Part shown: piece after piece, positions 25,756 to 32,000 of the stretch
Numbering within the stretch: position 1 is the first letter of the stretch
Layout of the letters: the number at the start of each line of letters is the position of its first letter
From: Candidatus Electronema halotolerans
GTDB taxonomy: Bacteria; Desulfobacterota; Desulfobulbia; Desulfobulbales; Desulfobulbaceae
Length of the DNA stretch: 32,000 nt
Assembly (NCBI GenBank): GCA_942493095.1
Contig: OW818675.1
Coordinates: 2,730,001 to 2,762,000 of the forward strand
Direction of reading: 5' to 3'
Program-made: the position numbers and the translations under genes
The notes under the pieces: generated by a model
The model's input: the letters and a program-made list of their open reading frames with translations, nothing else
Database searches by the model: none
What the model was told of the DNA's origin: nothing

Positions 25756-25953
25756 TCAGGCATTGCCCTTGGGGAAAAAGTGAATCACCCCGTCAATATC
25801 CGAGGTGTCGCAGACATCGCCGAATTCCATCTCAAAATTGAACATCTCAACAATATCGTTCATTTCCATGGAAAAGGACGGGCCGTCAGGAAGATGATAG
25901 ACCAAGGTTTCAACTTTGCTGAAATCTATTGGTCTGGCAAATATTTTTTTCAT
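25756..25953 (-). CDS. Hypothetical small acidic protein (65 aa)
   Basis: MKKIFARPIDFSKVETLVYHLPDGPSFSMEMNDIVEMFNFEMEFGDVCDTSDIDGVIHFFPKGNA. It lies downstream of a TTGCTT-16-TATAAT promoter and 36 nt upstream of the PHP phosphatase gene's preferred ATG (25719). No recognised family. Confidence 0.45.
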   Translation of the reverse strand: MKKIFARPIDFSKVETLVYHLPDGPSFSMEMNDIVEMFNFEMEFGDVCDTSDIDGVIHFFPKGNA

Positions 25954-26026
25954 CAATAGTCCATACGTTAATGGTTGATCAGCTCGGCTCCAGTGACAGT
26001 CCGCAGCAGCATCTGGCTCTGGTTAA

Positions 26027-26054
26027 ATTATAGTTTCTTTTCCTGAAAAAGCAA
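26027..26054 (-). promoter_or_regulatory. Sigma-70-like promoter TTGCTT-16-TATAAT for the 65-aa ORF and the PHP phosphatase gene
   Basis: Minus strand reads TTGCTTtttcaggaaaagaaacTATAAT, with a perfect -10. It lies immediately downstream of the hairpin that ends the kinase operon. Confidence 0.4.
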
Positions 26055-26072
26055 GATGCGGCATGTTCATGC

Positions 26073-26112
26073 GCGCTGCGGCAAGGGGTGAACCGCTGCC
26101 GTGCCGCAGCGC
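26073..26112 (-). terminator. Stem-loop directly after the last gene of the kinase operon
   Basis: 11-bp perfect arms GCGCTGCGGCA / TGCCGCAGCGC (26073-26083 and 26102-26112), beginning 7 nt past the stop at 26119. No strong U-tract follows. Confidence 0.4.
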
Positions 26113-26118
26113 AACAGA

Positions 26119-27123
26119 TCAGAATTGCAACGTATGCTCGTAAAGCTGCTTGTGGCCGTCATCCAAGGTGACTTCAGCTTTAAGCTGGAACACGCCCCAG
26201 CCGATGGCGGTCAGAGGATGGCCCAGCTTGGAGTTGTCGCCCTGCTGCACCGCAGGTTTGAATGAGGGGTGCAGATAGTAGATGACCGAGCTGATCCGGC
26301 GGAGAAAGGCGGGCGGGCCGTCAATATAGGCGGTCCACTCCCAGCGTTTTCTGTCGAGCTGACGGGCCGTGTTGGTCAGCGACAGCGCATTGAAGACCTC
26401 AGCCGAGCTGGCCTTTTTGAACTGTTCCTGCGACGGCGGCACCTGCTGGGGGGTCACAGGAGCTTCCGGCGATTGCTGCCAGCGGTCATCCTGATCCCCT
26501 CTGCTGCCGCGCCGCTCATCTTTGTTCCAGCGGTGGTCGTCGCGGCTGTCCCGATCCCGGCTGCGGCGGGGATGATCGTTCTTGGCCCGGATGCCGACAT
26601 AGGGCACAAAGAGCTGTTCTGATCTCCGCCGACCCTGCCAGTGGTCATCCCTGTCTCTGTCCCGGCGGCGGCTGCGGTCTCTGTATTCCATCAGACCAGC
26701 CTTGAGTTCCAGCGTGTCCAAATCCTTCAGCTCCTCACCCGCCAGCTGGCTGCGCAGCAGCCCCCGGATGGTGCGGATGGTGAACCTGCGGGCCTGAAAC
26801 TGCTCCTTCCGGTCCAGCTCGCGGGCTGTGCGGCGCGGCAGCAGGGCAACAGCCTGCCGGACTAAAGAATCAGCCCAGTCATGCACGGCATCCATGTCCC
26901 TGCCGCCCCGTTCAGCGTACAGAGAAACGCCGGGCGCAACAAGTCCCTGCACCGCCTCCTGCTCGGTCAGCTCATCGCTGTAGGCAACCTGCCAGCCGCC
27001 TGTTTCCACCCCTTCTTCTGCCGCTTTCCGGCTGCTGTTCTCAGAACGCGCCCAGACTGCTGTTGCCGCTGTCATGGCGAACAGCAGCACCAAGGCTGCC
27101 AGCATTGGTTTTGCCGCTTTCAT
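26119..27123 (-). CDS. Secreted protein with an Arg/Asp-rich repeat linker and a C-terminal prokaryotic-YEATS-like (pYEATS) domain
   Basis: GGAGAG-TAA-tgat-ATG context supports the start at 27123. Signal peptide MKAAKPMLAALVLLFAMTAATAVWA/RSE. The C-terminus, WEWTAYIDGPPAFLRRISSVIYYLHPSFKPAVQQGDNSKLGHPLTAIGWGVFQLKAEVTLDDGHKQLYEHTLQF, matches my recollection of the pYEATS pattern (W.....I.V.Y.LHP.F....GWG.F.....V.L.DG). The domain call is unverified. Confidence 0.75.
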   Translation of the reverse strand: MKAAKPMLAALVLLFAMTAATAVWARSENSSRKAAEEGVETGGWQVAYSDELTEQEAVQGLVAPGVSLYAERGGRDMDAVHDWADSLVRQAVALLPRRTARELDRKEQFQARRFTIRTIRGLLRSQLAGEELKDLDTLELKAGLMEYRDRSRRRDRDRDDHWQGRRRSEQLFVPYVGIRAKNDHPRRSRDRDSRDDHRWNKDERRGSRGDQDDRWQQSPEAPVTPQQVPPSQEQFKKASSAEVFNALSLTNTARQLDRKRWEWTAYIDGPPAFLRRISSVIYYLHPSFKPAVQQGDNSKLGHPLTAIGWGVFQLKAEVTLDDGHKQLYEHTLQF

Positions 27124-27127
27124 ATCA

Positions 27128-27637
27128 TTACTCTCCTGGTTTGGGTTCAACTGCTTTGCGGGCAAACTCGATGATGCTTTTTTCCACGTTGGCAAAGACC
27201 TCCGGGCATGCTGCCGCCGCCGGACTGCTGCGGCAGATCACCTCCTTTGTCTTTTCTCCATCCCGGACAAGGATGCGGTGCGGATAGCTGCGCTCTTCCC
27301 TCCCGGCCCCGTAGGCCTCCTTGAGCCGATCAAAACCGCTTTCCCGGATCAATTGCAGCAGTTCATCCGCCTCGGCTTCTGATACGCGGGCTGTTTTCTC
27401 CACCTTTGTCATCTTTGACGGCACAGCAGAGACCGGATTGTCATATTCCGGCATTTCCTCAATGTCAGAAAGGAGGAAGTCAGCAGTCAAAGCAATATGC
27501 CGAAAAGGAGCTGCGTATTCAATCAGCAGACCGCTTTTCTCCTTGGCCTTTGGCTGGCTCTCTGCCGGACAGGCAGTCAGCAGGAACAGCAACATGACCG
27601 GCCAGACGAACTGTGCATGTCTCATGTGGATTTTCAT
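27128..27637 (-). CDS. Hypothetical lipoprotein
   Basis: 169 aa with signal peptide and lipobox VMLLFLLTAC. Its start lies 3 nt after the upstream stop. No recognised domain. Confidence 0.7.
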   Translation of the reverse strand: MKIHMRHAQFVWPVMLLFLLTACPAESQPKAKEKSGLLIEYAAPFRHIALTADFLLSDIEEMPEYDNPVSAVPSKMTKVEKTARVSEAEADELLQLIRESGFDRLKEAYGAGREERSYPHRILVRDGEKTKEVICRSSPAAAACPEVFANVEKSIIEFARKAVEPKPGE

Positions 27638-27640
27638 TGG

Positions 27641-28582
27641 TTATTTGCCATCATTGTCCTTGCCCCGAACTGTCGCCTCTTGAGGCGGCGGGAGCAATTC
27701 TCCGGCAATTTGGTACGGTTCCCAGTTTGTCGTTGAGGAGACAAAGGCATCGTTGACGACTTTTCTGACTGTGGTCAGCAGCTCCTGCGCCTTAGCATAA
27801 CTGGAGTTGCTGGCTAAAGTAATAAAATACATACCGCTCTTTGCCAGATAAACAACCGGCTTGCCCAAATCCTGCTGGTTCTTGGAGGCGGCAGGTTGAA
27901 TTTTCTCCATCAAAGCCTGTGTGATGTCATTGAGCTGCTCTTTACTCTTTGTGCTGTGAATCACCACTGCAAAGATGCCGGGAATGTCAGGACTCTGTTT
28001 CTCCTGCGTTTCAATCAGCGACTTCACCTTCTCGATGTTATCGACCGCCTTGCGGCTGCCAAGCTGCTTTGCCTGCGTAAATTCCTGCAAGGATTCTTCA
28101 TAGCGGTCAGCAAGCATCAGGGCATAGCCAGTGTTGTTGCGCAGCTTCATCTGGGTGGCATCTGCAAGCAGATCATATATTTTTGGAGCAGCCGCTGTTT
28201 TGAAGCACTCTATGGCCTGATCAAAATCTCCCAGCATGATATGCACATAGCCTATGGTGTTGTAAATTGATGGATCAGGAATCTGTCCCCGGCCTTCTCC
28301 TGTCTTCAGAGCTGCTGCCAGAACTTCCGCTGATTTCTGATATTCCTTCATCTGCGCCAGAAGGCGGCCATAATTGTAGGCAATGGTAAAGCTGTTCGGA
28401 TATTTCGTCCGCAGCCCGGAATATATCTGCTGGCTCTGCTCAAATTGATTCTGATCTTTATAGGCTTCCGCTGCGGCAAATTGCGCCGCAGCCTCTGCTG
28501 GAACATCAATCTGGACAGCCTCTTGAGCCGCAACTGTCTGCATCAGCAGAATAATGAAGAGAAGCTGCGCCAGCACTCTCAT
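27641..28582 (-). CDS. Secreted TPR-repeat protein with a C-terminal SPOR-like domain
   Basis: Signal peptide MRVLAQLLFIILLMQTVAAQEA. TPR-like repeats (AEAYKDQNQFEQSQQIY, YNYGRLLAQMKEYQKSAEV, NTIGYVHIMLGDFDQAIECF, GYALMLADRYEESLQEF). The C-terminal beta-alpha-beta-beta-alpha-beta pattern (IFAVVIHSTKSKEQLNDITQALMEKI...VVYLAKSGMYFITLASNSSYAKAQELLTTVRK) is SPOR-like. GGAGG RBS and an ATGA overlap with the upstream gene. Confidence 0.75.
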   Translation of the reverse strand: MRVLAQLLFIILLMQTVAAQEAVQIDVPAEAAAQFAAAEAYKDQNQFEQSQQIYSGLRTKYPNSFTIAYNYGRLLAQMKEYQKSAEVLAAALKTGEGRGQIPDPSIYNTIGYVHIMLGDFDQAIECFKTAAAPKIYDLLADATQMKLRNNTGYALMLADRYEESLQEFTQAKQLGSRKAVDNIEKVKSLIETQEKQSPDIPGIFAVVIHSTKSKEQLNDITQALMEKIQPAASKNQQDLGKPVVYLAKSGMYFITLASNSSYAKAQELLTTVRKVVNDAFVSSTTNWEPYQIAGELLPPPQEATVRGKDNDGK

Positions 28583-29052
28583 ATCCCCGCCTCCTCTGTC
28601 TGCCCCGCCTCATGAAAGATGTTTTGCGCCTGCCGCGCTTTCAGATTCTTCAGCTCGTTGCTGGCTCCGGCAGAACTTGATTCCATGAAATTCAGTCTTT
28701 TATACAAAGCAAAAAGATTGATGGACACTTCGTTCTCATCCTGCATCGGCACGTCTTCTCCATTGATATCCACTTTCTTTCCAGCCGCTTTCACTACAAG
28801 ATCATGAGCAATCTCTTCCGGTGTGACATCAAACTTGATATTGATTTTCGGGTCCAGCAAGTCCCATGTCATGCCGACAAGAATCACGCCAAAAGACATG
28901 AGCATGAAAAGTCTGATCTCCCGGCATCTGATTGTCAGATTTTCCCCTTCAAAATCCTTGGATGCCATCACCTTTTGCAGCAGAAGATAAGAAAGAATCA
29001 AGATGGCAGTCGCGAATCCAAGGAATCCTAATTTTACCAGCTCCACAATCAT
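28579..29052 (-). CDS. Hypothetical 2-TM membrane protein
   Basis: 157 aa with TM helices LGFLGFATAILILSYLLL and LFMLMSFGVILVGMTW, then a soluble C-terminal region. Its ATG overlaps the kinase TGA (TGATG), with GGAGAA upstream. Confidence 0.7.
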   Translation of the reverse strand: MIVELVKLGFLGFATAILILSYLLLQKVMASKDFEGENLTIRCREIRLFMLMSFGVILVGMTWDLLDPKINIKFDVTPEEIAHDLVVKAAGKKVDINGEDVPMQDENEVSINLFALYKRLNFMESSSAGASNELKNLKARQAQNIFHEAGQTEEAGI

Positions 29053-31955
29053 CAGCGTTCTCCTTTGTCAGAAGGGCATAACCTCTGCTGTCCGCGTCTG
29101 CGGTCCAGCGCGGCTCGGACGGTCCGGGCCAATTCCTGCTTGCTGAATGGTTTCATTAAAAGACAACAGGCACCCAGTGCCACTGCTTTTTGCTCGTCAA
29201 TCAGCTCGCTGAAGCCGGTGCAGAGCAGCACTGGCAGATCAGGCCGCAGGGCGAGAATCTTGCGCATCAGTTTGGCTCCAGTCATCTCCGGCATGGTCAT
29301 GTCAGTGAGCAGCAGATCAAAATAATCCGGCTGCCGGGCAAAAAGGGCAAGCGCCTTGGCACTGGAATGAAGCACTGTGACCTGATAGCCGAGGCTTTTG
29401 AGAATGCTGCTGTTTGTGCCGGCAACACCTGCATCGTCATCAACAATCAGCACCCGTTCCTGGCCTGAGGGCGGAGGCGCGGCATCCTCCTCCTGCCGCT
29501 GCTCCGCCTCGCTCCTGATGACCGGCAGATAAACTTGAAAGGTGGAGCCTTTGCCAAGCTCGCTGCGCACAGTAATGTCGCCGCCGCAGCTGAAGACGAT
29601 GCTCTGCACGATGGCCAGCCCCAGCCCTGTGCCGTCGCCTTTGGCCTTGGTGGTGAAATACGGCTCAAAAATTTTATCCAGCATGTCTTCGGACATGCCG
29701 CTGCCTGTGTCCCGCACTTCCAGCCGCAGCCATGAGCCTGGAGCAAGCCGGGTTTGCTCGTGCTCGGACAGGCTGGCAGCCGGAAGCTCAACCTGCCGCA
29801 AGGAGACCTCCAGCAGGCCGCCGTTTTTCCGCATCGCATGATAGGCATTGGTGCAGAGATTCATGATCACCTGATGAATCCGGGTCGGATCAGCCAGCAC
29901 CATCCCCCAAGCCGGGTCAATCTGCTTGCGGATTTCAATGGTGGCAGGCAGGGAGGAGCGCAGGAGCTTGAGGGTTTCCTTGACAATGGGCCGGATGCTT
30001 ATGGGCTGTAGCTCCTGCTGCTCGCTCTTGCGGCTGAAGGCAAGTATCTGCTTGACCAACTCCTTGGCCCGCGTTCCGGCCCGCCGCACCTCCTGCATCC
30101 AGTCGGCAATGGTGCTGTTTTTAGGCAGGGCTTCGATGGCCATGTCTGTGTAGCCGATGATCGGGCCAAGAATGTTGTTGAAGTCGTGAGCGATGCCGTT
30201 GGCCAAGGTGCCGATGGCTTTTATTTTTTCCATCTGGAGCAGCTGGGCCTCCAGCTTCTTCTTTTCCAGCTCCGCCTTTTTCCGTTCTGTGATGTTGCGC
30301 ATGATGGTCCTGACAGACACCACCTCGCCCTGTTCAAGCAGCGGCACAGCACTGACCTCGACATCAATCCGCAGGCCGGTCTTGGAGATCAGGGCGGTTT
30401 CGTAGCTGCGCAGACAGCTACCCGCAGCGAAAATTTGTTCGAGAGCGCGGGCGGTCCGGGCCTTGCAATCAGGATGAATGATGTCCAGCAGGGGCGCGCC
30501 GACCACTTCCTCCCTGCCGCAGCCCAAGGTCAGCAGCTCAACCGGATTGACATCAACAATCTTGCGTTCCTTGTTGACAATATGAATCATGTCCGGCGCA
30601 TCATTGAACAGGCTCCAGTACTTGCTTTCGCTGCGGCGCAGGGATTCCTCCATCTGCTGCCGCTGCACGGCCAAGGCGAAGACTGCGGCCAGCCGCTCCA
30701 CGGCTTCCCGGTCATGGGCCTGAAAGCCTTCCGGCTTGCCGGTCAGCACGATCCGGCCTGCCATGCGGCTGTCAAGGCGGGCCGGAACATGGAGGGCATC
30801 CGGGCTGAACTGCCGTCCAGCCGCCCGGCCTTCGAGCACGGTTTCGGCTGACTCGCAGCCGGTCAGCTCCTGCGCCGCCCTAGCGATCAGCTCGCCGGTC
30901 TCGTCGATGGAAAACGAGCGCGAGAGCAGGGCATCGGAAACTTCAGCAAGTATCCGGTTCACCGCTAATTCCCAGAGCAGCTCCTCCTCGGCCTTGCGCC
31001 GTTCCGCCACCTCAGCCTCCAGACTGTCCGTGTTTTTCTGGAGGGCTGCCGTGCGTTCCCGCACTTTGCCTTCCAGCTCCTCCCGGTGCGCGTGCAGCTC
31101 CCGGAAGAGCATGTTGTAGGGCTGGGTCAGGCCAGTTTCGATCACAGCCCGGTAAATGGCATAAAAGGAAAAGATGCGGAAAAAATGGCCCAGAAAGTTG
31201 GCAAGGTCAGAAGTCGTGACATAGCGGGTGAAACACAGCTCTGCGGCAATGGTGAGCAGAATTGCTGTCTGCATGAGCCGGAGGACATGCGGATCAAAAC
31301 AGGCACTGTTTTTCCGCAGCAGCAGGAGAGAGCCGACTAAGAGGAGAATGACAAGATACTCGCTGTTTTTCTTGAAGGCAGTCAGCCCGCTGCCTTCAGC
31401 ATAGCATTCCGGGAAAACAGGACAGGCGAAAATGATCAGCAGCACTATGGCGGTGACTGACAGATAGCCAGACAGAGCCAGACAGGTGTTCACTCTTCTC
31501 CGCAGAAAAAAAAAGGCCAGCAGCAGCGAGAAGCCTTCCATGCAGCGGGCCGCGATCCAGAGCTGACTGGAAGTATCCTGACTGTCAATCCACGGAAAAA
31601 TGGCCATGTCCTTGTAGGACAGGCAGTGGGCCAGATCGAGCATGCCGATGAAGAGATAGGCAATGCCGATGAGGAGAAAAAAGTGATTTTCTTGAATCTG
31701 GCGGGTGTTCCACGCGAAAATAAAAATTGCGCAGGCAACCGTGACGCTGAAGAATTCCGCCAAGGTATGGAAGAGCAGATTGTTGCACAGGCTGATCAGG
31801 TGCAGGCCCAGCCCGATGGCAAGCAAGGCGAGGAAAGGAAGAAAAAAACGGGGTCTGGCGATTTTTTTGGCTCTGGCTTCCATATTCTTGGACAGAAATG
31901 GCTCCCAAAAGGGATGTTCTCCCTGCGTTGCCGCAGGGACTGCCATAGATACCAC
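29052..31955 (-). CDS. Hybrid sensor histidine kinase: multi-pass (MASE3-like) membrane domain, coiled coil, GAF-like, PAS, HisKA, HATPase_c and a C-terminal receiver
   Basis: About 8 TM helices in the first ~280 aa (LFHTLAEFFSVTVACAIFIFAW). PAS region (SKYWSLFNDAPDMIHIVN...). H-box ANGIAHDFNNIL, N-box NLCTNAYHAM, G-boxes DTGSGM and GTGLGLAIV. REC domain VLIVDDD...LLLTDMTMPEMTG...K. The start is uncertain: GTG 31955, ATG 31946 or ATG 31883. Confidence 0.9.
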   Translation of the reverse strand: MVSMAVPAATQGEHPFWEPFLSKNMEARAKKIARPRFFLPFLALLAIGLGLHLISLCNNLLFHTLAEFFSVTVACAIFIFAWNTRQIQENHFFLLIGIAYLFIGMLDLAHCLSYKDMAIFPWIDSQDTSSQLWIAARCMEGFSLLLAFFFLRRRVNTCLALSGYLSVTAIVLLIIFACPVFPECYAEGSGLTAFKKNSEYLVILLLVGSLLLLRKNSACFDPHVLRLMQTAILLTIAAELCFTRYVTTSDLANFLGHFFRIFSFYAIYRAVIETGLTQPYNMLFRELHAHREELEGKVRERTAALQKNTDSLEAEVAERRKAEEELLWELAVNRILAEVSDALLSRSFSIDETGELIARAAQELTGCESAETVLEGRAAGRQFSPDALHVPARLDSRMAGRIVLTGKPEGFQAHDREAVERLAAVFALAVQRQQMEESLRRSESKYWSLFNDAPDMIHIVNKERKIVDVNPVELLTLGCGREEVVGAPLLDIIHPDCKARTARALEQIFAAGSCLRSYETALISKTGLRIDVEVSAVPLLEQGEVVSVRTIMRNITERKKAELEKKKLEAQLLQMEKIKAIGTLANGIAHDFNNILGPIIGYTDMAIEALPKNSTIADWMQEVRRAGTRAKELVKQILAFSRKSEQQELQPISIRPIVKETLKLLRSSLPATIEIRKQIDPAWGMVLADPTRIHQVIMNLCTNAYHAMRKNGGLLEVSLRQVELPAASLSEHEQTRLAPGSWLRLEVRDTGSGMSEDMLDKIFEPYFTTKAKGDGTGLGLAIVQSIVFSCGGDITVRSELGKGSTFQVYLPVIRSEAEQRQEEDAAPPPSGQERVLIVDDDAGVAGTNSSILKSLGYQVTVLHSSAKALALFARQPDYFDLLLTDMTMPEMTGAKLMRKILALRPDLPVLLCTGFSELIDEQKAVALGACCLLMKPFSKQELARTVRAALDRRRGQQRLCPSDKGER

Positions 31956-32000
31956 AATTCCGCAGGCGGCTGCAACCTTTCTGGCCGCAGAAAAACAGTC

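Noticed and set aside
30186-30851. 221-aa plus-strand ORF opposite the histidine kinase
   Set aside because: Antisense shadow within the PAS/HisKA region of the kinase.
31971-31989. Sigma-54-like GGCCAG-N-TTGCA (minus strand) upstream of the kinase operon
   Set aside because: The spacing between GG and GC is 11 nt (off by one) and -24 is CGGCCA rather than TGGCAC. The promoter region also runs off the window.

Overview
The window looks like a GC-rich bacterial chromosome segment. The PxxKW cysteine-rich protein, the MgtE/PurM/GlyA-NrdR-RibD backbone and the RND pump suggest a Desulfobacterota-like organism, but that is inference only. About 30 genes are supported.

Gene content, left to right:
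- An ABC importer operon (ATPase, permease, substrate-binding protein), whose last gene runs off the left edge.
- A membrane/beta-propeller fusion protein.
- A fused endonuclease III-exonuclease III gene.
- A solitary, AT-rich type I R-M specificity gene (hsdS).
- An AcrB-type RND pump.
- A small accessory islet with an IS30-like HTH relic, a PHP-like ORF and an AT-rich coiled-coil membrane protein.
- htrA, mgtE, a DUF2065 gene, purM, a bamE-like gene, ruvA, recD, the PxxKW gene, pilC and an ihf/hu gene.
- The glyA-nrdR-ribD operon and a HisJ-type PHP phosphatase.
- On the right (26.1-32.0 kb), a tightly coupled five-gene minus-strand operon.

That operon is my top candidate for an undescribed system. 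A multi-pass hybrid sensor kinase is followed by a 2-TM protein, a secreted TPR/SPOR-like protein, a lipoprotein, and a secreted protein with an Arg/Asp-rich repeat linker and a C-terminal domain I recognise as prokaryotic-YEATS-like.

Other points worth a second look:
- A perfect 34-bp palindrome sits in frame inside the RND gene.
- Two complementary halves of one IS30-type HTH lie 8.8 kb apart on opposite strands.
- RecD N-terminal homology extends upstream of any canonical start codon.
- The orphan hsdS has mosaic GC content.

No tRNA, rRNA or CRISPR array was seen. Many long ORFs in the track are antisense shadows of real genes. All domain calls come from motif recognition by eye, and no searches were run.
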